From the NCBI GenBank assembly GCA_019084025.1, contig JAHRBI010000001.1, forward strand, positions 520,663 to 584,662: DNA of 64,000 bases, in the 5' to 3' direction. Both the position numbers and the translations under genes were made by a program. The DNA comes from Burkholderiaceae bacterium DAT-1 (lineage in GTDB: Bacteria > Pseudomonadota > Gammaproteobacteria > Burkholderiales > Chitinimonadaceae). Positions 29,910-38,872 of the stretch are shown piece by piece. The notes under the pieces were generated by a model that worked only from the letters and a program-made list of their open reading frames with translations, made no database searches and was not told the origin of the DNA. The stretch's first letter is position 1. Each line of letters begins with the position of its first letter.

Positions 29910-30477
29910 TCCCATCTCGGAAGCGCATATTGACCGGGCACTGGTGGCAAGGGCGCTTCTGAATGATCAACGCGCATTTGAACAGTTATTGCGTCGGCAT
30001 CAAGGCATGGTTCGTGCCCAGCTACGCCGACTCGCCGGTGGAAACGATGCGCTGGCAGACGATCTGGCACAAGAAACCTTTCTCACCGCCTGGCGCAAGC
30101 TTGATCAATTCAGAGGCGATGCCCGTTTCTCAACTTGGCTATACCGCATTGCATATACCAGCTTCATCGATGTTGTACGCAAGCAACCGGCCGCACACCA
30201 CGAAGTAGATGAGGCTGCGCTATCAGACCTGGCCGCTCCGACGCACTCCGCCGATCTCCAGTTCGATGTGCAGCGAGCCATGAGCAGATTATCCGGAGGC
30301 GAACAGGCCGTGTTATTGCATTGCACCCAACTCGGACTTAGCCACGAGGAAACGGCGTATGTGCTGGACATGCCGCTTGGCACTGTCAAAACCCATGCTA
30401 CACGGGGTAAAGCCAAACTGAGAGCCTTGCTCGCAGCCTGGAACGAAACCGGCAAACAGGAGCAACATGATGCATGA
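29902..30477 (+). CDS. RNA polymerase ECF-type sigma-70 factor
   Basis: Region 2 (LLRRHQGMVRAQLRRL...DLAQETFLTAWRKLDQF) and a region-4 HTH. The GTG at 29902 gives a typical length of 191 aa. An alternative ATG lies at 29854. Confidence 0.8.
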   Translation: MTDPISEAHIDRALVARALLNDQRAFEQLLRRHQGMVRAQLRRLAGGNDALADDLAQETFLTAWRKLDQFRGDARFSTWLYRIAYTSFIDVVRKQPAAHHEVDEAALSDLAAPTHSADLQFDVQRAMSRLSGGEQAVLLHCTQLGLSHEETAYVLDMPLGTVKTHATRGKAKLRALLAAWNETGKQEQHDA

Positions 30478-30790
30478 AACTCAAGAAGATCCGATTGAGG
30501 CCCTGCTGCGCATGCAGTTTGACGGTCCCGTCGCAGACGATGGGTTCACCGACCGGGTGATGCAACAGCTGCCCCGTCAGCGCCGCAGCCGGTGGCCTAT
30601 TTATCTTGGTCTGACGCTGGGTACGCTCCTTTGTCTGTCCACGTTGCTGATATGGACACCCTTCGATTCATTGCACTGGCCCCAAAATGGAGGATCACTG
30701 ACCGCATGCACGCTGGCATGGCTATGCACCTCGCTCGTATTCAGCCTGCTCTCACTGTGGTGGGGACTTTACGAAAGCGGGGACCGGTAA
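30467..30790 (+). CDS. putative membrane anti-sigma factor
   Basis: 107 aa. It overlaps the sigma stop, has a short cytoplasmic N-terminus, and then two TM segments. Assigned by position only. Confidence 0.45.
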   Translation: MMHETQEDPIEALLRMQFDGPVADDGFTDRVMQQLPRQRRSRWPIYLGLTLGTLLCLSTLLIWTPFDSLHWPQNGGSLTACTLAWLCTSLVFSLLSLWWGLYESGDR

Positions 30791-30832
30791 TCGACACAGC
30801 CATGTAGTTGCTTTTACATCACCTTCACCTGC

Positions 30833-30870
30833 GCAGCGGCACGCTTTCTGCCGCTGCCCCTTTCGTTTTT
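30833..30870 (+). terminator. rho-independent terminator after the sigma/anti-sigma operon
   Basis: GCAGCGGCA-CGCTTTC-TGCCGCTGC followed by CCCTTTCGTTTTT. Confidence 0.6.
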
Positions 30871-30982
30871 ACACCGCTTTTACACCTGTCGGCATACAAC
30901 TGCATCACCACCAGACGCAACTGGTGGCGTCCATTCACCCGAATGGTCCTGTTAAAAGAACAATTCACTCAGGAGATGCATC

Positions 30983-33019
30983 GTGGATTTCTTTCACGAA
31001 TACGGCTGGTACCTCATCACCATTGCCGCGATCCTTTTCATTCTGGTCGGCTTTCGCTGGATCCTGTGGCTCTTCGGCGTCGTTATCGTGCCGGACGACA
31101 GTATCGGCGTGGTCACCAAAAAATTCGTCCTGTTCGGTGCCAACCGGCAGCTTCCGGATGGCCGCATCATCGCACTCAACGGCGAGGCAGGCTTTCAGGC
31201 CGATACCTTGCCGCCGGGCATGCATGTCGCTCTGTGGCCATGGCAATACTCGGTCGAACTGGTGAAGTTTTTCACCGTGCCGCCCGGCCAGATCGGGTTG
31301 GTGGAATCGTGTGATGGTGCAGCGCTACCCAGCGGCCGCATCGTTGCCCGCCACACAGCCTGCGATGCCTTTCAGGATGCCCGTGCCTTTCTGCAGAATG
31401 GCGGCGAACGCGGCCCGCAGATGACCGTCATCCCGCCCGGCACCTACCGGATCAACCCGCTGCTGTTTACCGTCACCTTATCCGACGCGCTCAGCATCCC
31501 GCCCGGTAAAGTGGGCGTCGTCGAAGCACGCGACGGCACACCATTGCCCAGCGGCCGAGTGCTGGCGCGTCAGGTGGCGTGTGATTCCTTTCAGGATGCC
31601 AGCGCCTTTATCGACAACGGTGGCGAGCGTGGCCCGCAAATGGCCCTGATTCCGCCCGGTACCTATCGCATCAATCCGCTGCTGTTTGATGTGCAACTCG
31701 ATGATGTCGTGGACATTCCCGACAACAAGATCGGTATCGTCACTACCCGTGAAGGCACAGCGCTTGCCACTGGCGAAATCGCGGGCCCGGCAGTAGACGG
31801 CCATAATATGTACCAGAATCCGCAGGCCTTTATCGACCATGGCGGCTGCAAGGGTTTGCAGGAACAGGTTTTGCTGGCCGGTCGCTACTTCATCAATCCA
31901 CGCTTTGCCACCATCGAAATCGTCGAGATGATCGAAGTGCCGATTGCCCATGTCGGCGTGGTGATTGCTTATGTAGGTCGCGAAGGCCGCGATGTCACAG
32001 GTGAATCGTTCCGCCATGGCAATCTGGTCAGCAAGGGTGAAAAAGGCGTGTGGGTCGACCCGCTTGATCCGGGCAAATACCCGATCAATCCGTACACCCA
32101 TAAAGTCACCAATGTACCCACCGCCAACGTCGTACTGAACTGGGCAACCGGCAAAACCGAAGCGCACAAGCTCGATGCCAATCTGTCGACCATTTCGGTA
32201 CGCTCGGCCGACGGCTTCAAGTTCAACCTGGATGTCTCGCAGATTATCCATACTCCGCGTAACGATGCGCCCAAGGTGATTGCCCGCTTTGGCAGCATGC
32301 AGGCGCTGGTGACACAGGTTCTGGAGCCGACCATTGGCAACTACTTCCGCAATGCCGCGCAAAATTCGGACATCATCGACTTCCTGAAAAACCGTTCGAC
32401 CCGTCAGGATGAAGCACGTCAGGCCATCTCGACAGCGCTACAGGAATACAACGTCGGCGCCGTCGATACCCTGATCGGCGATATTGTGCCACCGGATCAG
32501 CTGATGAAAACCCTGACCGACCGCAAACTGGCCGAGCAGGAGCGCGTGACCTATGAAACCCAGCGTCAGGCTCAGGTCGTGAAGCAGGAGCTGGAACAAG
32601 CCACGGCACTCGCCGCTACGCAGGCCAAGGTGGTGGATGCCGAACGGCAAGTAGCCATTGCCGAATTCAATGCCAAGGCTAACGTGAAGTCTGCCGAAGG
32701 TCAGGCGCAGGCCAAGAAGATCAATGCCGATGCCGACGCCACCGTGATCCGCGCCGTCGGTGAAGCCGAAGCTGCCAAGACGCAGGCGGTGGGTGGTGCC
32801 GAGGCCGAAGTCATTAAACTGAAAATCGCGTCGATGGAATCCAGCAACTATGCCATGGTGCAAGTCGCCGAGGCGCTCGCCAAGGCCGGGGTGAAGCTGG
32901 TGCCGGATATTGTGGCGGGTGGCGGTGCAACAGGCGGTGGACTGGTGGATGTGCTGCTGGGGAATTTGATTCGCGACGGGATGCATCAGCCGCGCCCGGC
33001 TCAAACCGACAAGGTGTAA
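30983..33019 (+). CDS. membrane-anchored SPFH/band-7 flotillin-like protein with five tandem N-terminal repeat modules
   Basis: GTG start with the ribosome binding site AGGAGA 6 nt upstream. The order is an N-terminal TM helix, five modules of about 70 aa, a band-7 core, and a long Ala/Gln/Glu-rich coiled coil, as in flotillin/YqiK. Confidence 0.8.
   Translation: MDFFHEYGWYLITIAAILFILVGFRWILWLFGVVIVPDDSIGVVTKKFVLFGANRQLPDGRIIALNGEAGFQADTLPPGMHVALWPWQYSVELVKFFTVPPGQIGLVESCDGAALPSGRIVARHTACDAFQDARAFLQNGGERGPQMTVIPPGTYRINPLLFTVTLSDALSIPPGKVGVVEARDGTPLPSGRVLARQVACDSFQDASAFIDNGGERGPQMALIPPGTYRINPLLFDVQLDDVVDIPDNKIGIVTTREGTALATGEIAGPAVDGHNMYQNPQAFIDHGGCKGLQEQVLLAGRYFINPRFATIEIVEMIEVPIAHVGVVIAYVGREGRDVTGESFRHGNLVSKGEKGVWVDPLDPGKYPINPYTHKVTNVPTANVVLNWATGKTEAHKLDANLSTISVRSADGFKFNLDVSQIIHTPRNDAPKVIARFGSMQALVTQVLEPTIGNYFRNAAQNSDIIDFLKNRSTRQDEARQAISTALQEYNVGAVDTLIGDIVPPDQLMKTLTDRKLAEQERVTYETQRQAQVVKQELEQATALAATQAKVVDAERQVAIAEFNAKANVKSAEGQAQAKKINADADATVIRAVGEAEAAKTQAVGGAEAEVIKLKIASMESSNYAMVQVAEALAKAGVKLVPDIVAGGGATGGGLVDVLLGNLIRDGMHQPRPAQTDKV
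31088..32122 (+). repeat. intragenic tandem array of five ~210-bp coding repeats (repeats 2 and 3 are clearly similar at the DNA level)
   Basis: Protein modules starting VPDDSIGVV, VPPGQIGLV, IPPGKVGVV, IPDNKIGIV and VPIAHVGVV, each ending with the PPGTYRINP / GRYFINP / PGKYPINP motif. Segments 31255-31486 and 31487-31700 align at the nucleotide level. Confidence 0.7.
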
Positions 33020-33186
33020 CGCCCCTCACTAAGACGATGCATGTCTAACGCATGCGGTCGCAGAAACTCAGGTCAGCCCGTAGTGGCTGGCCTGATTTTT
33101 TCCGACTGTCTACGGTTTCCCCACAAAGTTACCAATTGGTAGTATTATTTACCAGTAAGTATTTCATTCATTTCAGGGGACGTTGC

Positions 33187-33723
33187 ATGCTACCTATTCG
33201 CCGTTTGCTGTTGATCACCATTGCGTGCCTGCTCGCCGCCTGCACCATTCAACCGCCGCCCGGCATCACGCCGGTAACCGGATTTGATGTCCAGCGCTAT
33301 AGCGGTAAATGGTACGAGATTCTGAGGCTGGATAATCGTTTCGAGCGTGATCTCAGTGATGTCAGCGCCACCTATACACTGCGCGCGAACGGCGATGTCG
33401 GCGTGCTGAATCGGGGCTACAACACCACCACGGGTCGCTGGGATCAGGCAGACGGCCATGCTAAATTCAATGGTGACCCACGCATTGCCTCGCTCAAAGT
33501 ATCGTTCTTCGACCCTTTCTACGGCGGTTACCATGTTGTGGCGCTCGACCCCGACTACCGCTGGGCAATGGTCGCGGGCAATGATCGCAGTTATCTGTGG
33601 ATACTCGCCCGTGACAAGCAATTACCAGCCGAAGTGATCGACACGCTGCGCAAGCAAGCCGGTCAACTTGGTTTCGATACGTCGCGCCTCATTCAGGTCG
33701 GGCACACACGCAGCGACGGCTGA
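33187..33723 (+). CDS. blc: outer-membrane lipoprotein lipocalin Blc
   Basis: Lipobox LLAACT, then GFDVQRYSGKWYEI (the lipocalin SCR1 motif). About 178 aa from the Met at 33187; the ORF listed from 33052 over-extends. Confidence 0.8.
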   Translation: MLPIRRLLLITIACLLAACTIQPPPGITPVTGFDVQRYSGKWYEILRLDNRFERDLSDVSATYTLRANGDVGVLNRGYNTTTGRWDQADGHAKFNGDPRIASLKVSFFDPFYGGYHVVALDPDYRWAMVAGNDRSYLWILARDKQLPAEVIDTLRKQAGQLGFDTSRLIQVGHTRSDG

Positions 33724-33726
33724 TTC

Positions 33727-33951
33727 ATGGCAACCAGACTCAATCCTAAAAAGCTACTGCGCAGCAAATGGACTACACGCATGCCGGTAAACAAGGAAAA
33801 GCATTTTCTTGTTACCCGCATCGTGCAGCCTGACGATCCCGATGCACCAATCACCCACGTCGAACTAGAGGCGATTTACAGTGGCCGAACCCGCGTCATC
33901 GAATGGAAGTCATTGCTGGAAGAGACGGTCTGGCATCAGGGTTGGCGTTAG
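33727..33951 (+). CDS. TIGR02450-like Trp-rich small conserved protein
   Basis: 74 aa. NPKKLLRSKWT...EKHF and a C-terminal W..GW match the TIGR02450 pattern as I recall it. Confidence 0.5.
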   Translation: MATRLNPKKLLRSKWTTRMPVNKEKHFLVTRIVQPDDPDAPITHVELEAIYSGRTRVIEWKSLLEETVWHQGWR

Positions 33952-33975
33952 CAGGACGGCAACGATACGCCGCCC

Positions 33976-34206
33976 CTAATCCTCTCCGTCCTCACCTTCC
34001 TCGCCCGGCACATATTCCAGAATTTCGCCGGGCTGGCATTGCAGGTATTCGCAGATGCGGGCAAGGGTGGAAAAACGAATGCCGCGCACTTTCCCGCTTT
34101 TCAGTAGCGACAAATTCTGTTCGGTAATTCCCACATGTGCCGCCAGTTCGCGCGAGCGAATCTTGCGGTGGGCCAGCATCACATCCAGACGAACGATAAT
34201 GGGCAT
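33976..34206 (-). CDS. Cro/C1-type HTH transcriptional regulator (YozG-like)
   Basis: 76 aa with the HTH segment SRELAAHVGITEQNLSLLKSGK and an acidic tail. Start-stop overlap with the upstream DUF2975 gene. Confidence 0.7.
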   Translation of the reverse strand: MPIIVRLDVMLAHRKIRSRELAAHVGITEQNLSLLKSGKVRGIRFSTLARICEYLQCQPGEILEYVPGEEGEDGED

Positions 34207-34745
34207 CAGATAATCCGTCCATGGTCGTCGGCAATGGTATAGGCAGCCGCGAGAATGCGCGACAGCAGCCAGAATACGGTGCCGACCAGCAAGAGCCTGA
34301 GCGAGCCACTGTCAATCGAGAAGCCTGCCAATCCGCCCACCAGTGGTACCACCATATCGACCGCCTCGCGCAGCACCATGCACAGCGCAAACGCCGACAG
34401 ATGATCAGCCGCACGACGGCTGAATAGATCGCCCGCTTCGTAACCCAGCAGCAGCGCACTCAAGCGCAACAGGCCATAGCCCACAATGGCAAGATCCAGA
34501 CTCATGTAGAGCCACATGAGCGGTGGATGCCCCACTAGCCCGCCTGTTTGCGCCATCCCCACTCCGATGGTCGCCACGCCGCCCGCCATCGCGCCCTGCA
34601 GCTGCGTCTGCCCGGCCCATAAAGTCCAGCTGAATAGCCCCCAGACCAGCGTGCCGCCTGCCAATGCCAGCATCACCAGCCATCGCAATAGCCTTGCAAG
34701 CCGTCGTACCTGTATTTGCTCTGCAGAAATGTCCATGACAGCCAT
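34206..34745 (-). CDS. DUF2975-family membrane protein
   Basis: 179 aa with four TM segments. Forms the conserved two-gene unit with a YozG-type HTH. Confidence 0.6.
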   Translation of the reverse strand: MAVMDISAEQIQVRRLARLLRWLVMLALAGGTLVWGLFSWTLWAGQTQLQGAMAGGVATIGVGMAQTGGLVGHPPLMWLYMSLDLAIVGYGLLRLSALLLGYEAGDLFSRRAADHLSAFALCMVLREAVDMVVPLVGGLAGFSIDSGSLRLLLVGTVFWLLSRILAAAYTIADDHGRII

Positions 34746-34936
34746 TTTTTACTGTTTGATAAGAAGTTTTCTGAGCGTATCACGCATTACATTCATTCCG
34801 CAATATCCGTTTATCTGTGTATTTACAGCCATTTTTTATTCTTGTAGATTTACTATTTATTGTTTTACGATAATTTAGCACATGAACGGAAGACGACTCA
34901 TGCGCCACATACCACCCGATCTGAAAGGCAGACATC

Positions 34937-35695
34937 ATGAAGTCATCCTCCCCCCTCCGCTGGACGCTGTGCGGACTGCTCGCCATCACAGGCATCGTCC
35001 ATGCCGACCCTCAAGCCGATGCAATCCTTGCGCAAGCCCGTCAGGCAAGCGGCGGCAAAGCCTGGGACACGTTGAACAGCCTGGAAATGGAAGCCAGTGC
35101 GCAATCGAGCGCCATGGGCCAGTTCGCCTATCGCATCAAGGTGTCGCTAACCACTGCACCGCGCGAAATTGCGCAGATTGAGATGGGCCCCCTTCACGTC
35201 TCCTGGGCATGGGATGGTCAGCAGGGCTGGAACACCGATCCCGCCGGTAGCGTGCAGATGCTGCAACAACCTGCAGAGATCAAGGAGCGACGGACAGCCG
35301 TATTCGGCGATGCCTATGGCTACTTCTTCACCGACCGGATTCCTTCCGAACGCCGCTATCTCGGCAAGCGCACCATCCAGCACACCGCATACGATGTCGT
35401 CAGTGTCACGCCAGCCGGCGGCGCGGCAATTGAGCTGCTGGTCAATGAGCGTACCCATCTGATCGAAGGCCAGATCGGCACTATCGGTGAACCCATTCAG
35501 CGTCAGCGCTTCAGCGATTTCCGCACCGTAAACGGCATGCTGGTGCCATTTCAAATCGAGTCATTGAATGCAGCCAATGACACGCCACTTGATCGCACCA
35601 CAGTGAAAGCCTATCGCCCGAATGTCGCCGTCAGCGATGCCGATTTTGCGGCCCCCACACAGCCAGCTCGCACCGCTGACCAGGGCACAAAGTGA
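34937..35695 (+). CDS. exported hypothetical protein
   Basis: 252 aa with a cleavable signal peptide (LLAITGIVHA). No recognisable domain. Lies ahead of a secreted hydrolase. Confidence 0.5.
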   Translation: MKSSSPLRWTLCGLLAITGIVHADPQADAILAQARQASGGKAWDTLNSLEMEASAQSSAMGQFAYRIKVSLTTAPREIAQIEMGPLHVSWAWDGQQGWNTDPAGSVQMLQQPAEIKERRTAVFGDAYGYFFTDRIPSERRYLGKRTIQHTAYDVVSVTPAGGAAIELLVNERTHLIEGQIGTIGEPIQRQRFSDFRTVNGMLVPFQIESLNAANDTPLDRTTVKAYRPNVAVSDADFAAPTQPARTADQGTK

Positions 35696-35731
35696 TCGTC
35701 ATGATCACGCTGGCACACAAGGAAGACCAAT

Positions 35732-36553
35732 ATGTTCAAGACTCACCTCAGCGCGCCCCTATTTACGGTACTGATGCTACTGCTCTGTATCGCAACACCG
35801 GTTGGTGCGGTAGAAACATCCGCTTCTGTCCATGACTACATCGAGCTCCGTAAACGTGAAGCACAGCCCTCCCATGGCACCGTCGTGTTTGAAAATGGTG
35901 CACGGGAAACGCTGGATACATGGGATCAGGTGATCGCCGATATTGGCAAGGACATGACGACTTTTGCTTACAACCGTCCCGGCTACGGCAAGAGTCCGGA
36001 AACCAGTGACCCACGGGATGGCCGGACCATTGTCGACGCGCTTCGTCTGCGCTTGCAGCAGCAAGGGCTCAAGCCCCCTTATCTACTGGTAGGGCACTCC
36101 ATGGGCGGCCTGTATATGCAACTGTTTGCGCGCCTCTACCCGCAGGAAGTCAGAGGCGTTGTGTTGGTCGATTCGCTGTATCCGGGCATCATTAAACGCC
36201 CCGAGGAATTTCCGCTTTACACGCGCATCGGCAAGCAGCTTTTCCTGAGCCGGACGGTAGCACGCGAGATTGACGAAATTCATCACACCGGCGAAATGGT
36301 ACTGGGCCTGCCCTCGCCCGATGAAATTCCGATGATCCGCTTGATCAACATACCCAAATCGCGCGGTGCGATTGGCGTGGATTTTGGGGTGGTCAATGAT
36401 GATCCGCACACCATCGCCCGGGTGAAGCAGATGTACCCTCGGGCACGCACCATTATTGTCGATTCAGACCACCGGATTCAGTCAGCCAATCCGGAAAAAG
36501 TGACTGCAGCCATTCGGGAGATCATGGCCAACGAGTGGCCCGGAAATAGCTGA
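35732..36553 (+). CDS. exported alpha/beta-fold hydrolase
   Basis: Signal peptide and a GHSMGG nucleophile elbow, with downstream Asp/His candidates for the catalytic triad. Confidence 0.75.
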   Translation: MFKTHLSAPLFTVLMLLLCIATPVGAVETSASVHDYIELRKREAQPSHGTVVFENGARETLDTWDQVIADIGKDMTTFAYNRPGYGKSPETSDPRDGRTIVDALRLRLQQQGLKPPYLLVGHSMGGLYMQLFARLYPQEVRGVVLVDSLYPGIIKRPEEFPLYTRIGKQLFLSRTVAREIDEIHHTGEMVLGLPSPDEIPMIRLINIPKSRGAIGVDFGVVNDDPHTIARVKQMYPRARTIIVDSDHRIQSANPEKVTAAIREIMANEWPGNS

Positions 36554-36650
36554 AGAATCTGCCATCACGATCGCTGATGGCGAAATCAGCCTCGCTTCTC
36601 CCGAGGATTGCTACTTTGTCTGCATGCCGGTGAAAGTGCGTGAATTCGCG

Positions 36651-36938
36651 TCAAGTACGCTCGACGAGTGCCTTAATCTTTGCTGCTTTTTCAAAGTGAT
36701 CCAGTCGATTAGTCAGAATCCACCAGGTGGCAGCTTCCATCAGCAATTCAGGATCGTCATTCTTGTTCTTGAAAAAGGCATAGAACGACAGCCCAACATC
36801 CGCCCCCTTTGCAGCCATTTTTTCATGACAGACCTGTACGATATGCTGCTTGAGTGCGTGTCTCATAGGCTTTGTGTGAAATGTTCGGGTTGAAGTAAAT
36901 AATCTGCCAGTTACAGACGGTCGGCTGAGGCGCTGCAT
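36651..36938 (-). CDS. hypothetical protein (possibly shorter, starting at the Met at 36866)
   Basis: ORF in a low-GC stretch. There is no convincing ribosome binding site and no recognised family. Confidence 0.3.
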   Translation of the reverse strand: MQRLSRPSVTGRLFTSTRTFHTKPMRHALKQHIVQVCHEKMAAKGADVGLSFYAFFKNKNDDPELLMEAATWWILTNRLDHFEKAAKIKALVERT

Positions 36939-37011
36939 GGCGATCGTCCGCGGCCAGCCTCTCAGATGGTAGTCAGCGACTCGAATCCGGGGGCGCTGTT
37001 CATTGGCACGA

Positions 37012-37341
37012 TTATGCCTCTAAACTGTGCTCCCAGTTTTTCGACCACTCCCGCAATGGTGAAAGCAGGCTCATTAATTCATTTCCACACGCTGTGATCC
37101 TGTACCCCTCATCAGCAAGCATAATGAGCCCCGCTTCTCGCAGCTCTTTGATCCGGGTGTTGAGCACACTCGATGACATATTCCCGCAGCATGCTTGAAG
37201 CTCACGAAATGAGGATGGCTTCGCGTTTACTTCCCATAAAATTCGCATAGCCCAGCGCCGACCTAGCAGGTCAAACAAGGCCATAAGCGGTTGGCCGGAT
37301 GTCGAGCCTCTGACCGGAACGCCAGGAATGGGGGTTGCCAT
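37012..37341 (-). CDS. HxlR-family winged-helix transcriptional regulator
   Basis: LMALFDLLGRRWAMRILWEV ... FRELQACCGNMSSSVLNTRIKELREAGLI is the HxlR signature. Confidence 0.8.
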   Translation of the reverse strand: MATPIPGVPVRGSTSGQPLMALFDLLGRRWAMRILWEVNAKPSSFRELQACCGNMSSSVLNTRIKELREAGLIMLADEGYRITACGNELMSLLSPLREWSKNWEHSLEA

Positions 37342-37414
37342 AAAGTGCTTGCGCTTCGAATTTAGAAGCGATATTGTGCCGCACCTTCAAACAACATGCA
37401 AATGGGTAGAGCAT

Positions 37415-37699
37415 ATGTTTCTTGTCAATTTTGAGTTCACGAGCTCATTAGAGCAGGTTGATCTGTTTGTTTCTGCTCATCGCGCACATCTATCCAAATT
37501 TTACGATAGCGGTGAACTGCTGCTTGGCGGGCGGAAAGTCCCTCGAACGGGCGGTATCATCTTGTCTCGCCATCATTCCATAGAAGACGTGAAACGCGTG
37601 TTTGATACAGACCCGATGGTCTGCGCTGGCGTGGCAAAATATTCGCTGATTGAATTTCAGCCAGTGATGATGGCAGAAGCACTAACGGGGTTGATTTAG
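37415..37699 (+). CDS. YciI-like small protein
   Basis: About 94 aa from the Met at 37415 (MFLVNFEFTSSLEQV...). Divergent from the HxlR gene, which is a common HxlR-target arrangement. Confidence 0.5.
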   Translation: MFLVNFEFTSSLEQVDLFVSAHRAHLSKFYDSGELLLGGRKVPRTGGIILSRHHSIEDVKRVFDTDPMVCAGVAKYSLIEFQPVMMAEALTGLI

Positions 37700-38036
37700 C
37701 GGCTTATTCGAGCAATAGCCTTGACGCTTCATCGCTCACGCCTTGCCTGCGCTGAATGTCGCTCAACATGGATGTTTAACCACAGGTAAGCTAGTCGGTC
37801 AGGAGCAGGTGGTGGATAGATGCCCTGCATTGCAGTCATACGACTTCACCCCCTAAAAAGTAGCCTGTGCTTTTGTGCAATCCACCATTATTCACTGAGT
37901 CTATTGTTATACTGACGCAGCTCAGACAAGATCGAGGCGTGGCGCGGGTTTGAAGGGTATCATCCGACGCTCTTATAATAATGCTATGACTGACCGATGG
38001 GTCATTGTATTTGATGTTAGCCCTCTTGGATAAGAC

Positions 38037-38564
38037 ATGGATCTACCAAAGTTCAAATATCATCCTAATCCAATTGCAACTGGCGCGATCGTCTCGACCA
38101 ATGAGAGCTGCGAGTGTTGCGGCAAAGCAAGAGGGTATAAATATAGCTCGGTGTTGTATGCCACTGAAGAGGTGGAAGTGATATGTCCATGGTGTATCTC
38201 TGATGGAAGCGCGGCGCGGAAATATGATGGGCAGTTTTTGGATGACTATCCTTTACGCCGAGGCAACCTTCCGGAAAGCGTAATTGAAGAAGTATGCGAA
38301 AGAACGCCTGGCTATAATTCGTGGCAACAACAAATTTGGCAATCGCATTGCGGCGATGCCTGTGAGTTTCATGGCGATGCTTCAATTGAAGAGGTCGCGG
38401 GAATATCAGGGGATCTACTTGCGGAGCTTGTTTCAAGGGAAGGAATTAAGGCGGAGCACTGGCCTCGTATCCGGGATAACTATGCGCCAGGTGGAGGCAT
38501 ATCAATATTCAAATTTGTTTGCCGGCACTGTGGAAGTCCGGTCTATAGTCTGGACTTCTCATGA
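38037..38564 (+). CDS. cbrC: CbrC-family protein (UPF0167)
   Basis: The N-terminus MDLPKFKYHPNPIATG plus Cys-rich motifs CECCG...CPWC are typical of CbrC/UPF0167. Low-GC region. Confidence 0.65.
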   Translation: MDLPKFKYHPNPIATGAIVSTNESCECCGKARGYKYSSVLYATEEVEVICPWCISDGSAARKYDGQFLDDYPLRRGNLPESVIEEVCERTPGYNSWQQQIWQSHCGDACEFHGDASIEEVAGISGDLLAELVSREGIKAEHWPRIRDNYAPGGGISIFKFVCRHCGSPVYSLDFS

Positions 38565-38835
38565 ATAACCGTCGGGCTAACTAATCGTTCAACAGGACGT
38601 CGTCGCCGTGCCGGCGCCGCCGCCTGTTAACTCAGACGTTAACATTCACGCCCTCCAAACTCGCACTGCCGGACAGTACCCTAGAGATCGAAAATTTCCC
38701 GATTCGCCCCACTAACCGGCAGCAATACACTCATTTGCTGCCGTTTTCAGTCCATCACCCCAAAGTCAGCCCAGGCCAAGCACCAGTCAAAATCCAATTT
38801 CATAAAACGTCATCGCGTACTTCAGCCTCCAAACA

Positions 38836-38872
38836 AAAAGAGGCCACGCATTTACGCAGTGACCTCTTTGCC
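38836..38872 (-). terminator. probable terminator downstream of glmS
   Basis: On the minus strand, AGAGGTCACTGCGTAAATGCGTGGCCTCT is followed by TTTTTGTTT. Confidence 0.4.

Noticed and set aside
30808-31314. 168-aa ORF spanning the terminator and promoter region and the 5' end of the SPFH gene
   Set aside because: It crosses a strong terminator hairpin and runs out of frame into the SPFH coding region. The SPFH frame has a good ribosome binding site and a conserved TM/SPFH N-terminus.
31478-32362. 294-aa ORF antisense to the SPFH gene, and similar antisense ORFs opposite glmS (38859-39566, 39993-40796), pilJ (47469-48392), the SBP (23550-24818), resB (53599-54570), ccsA (54882-55964), pyrC (56397-57161) and the DHH gene (58042-58875)
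   Set aside because: All lie opposite confidently assigned genes with conserved motifs. They are typical GC-rich shadow ORFs.
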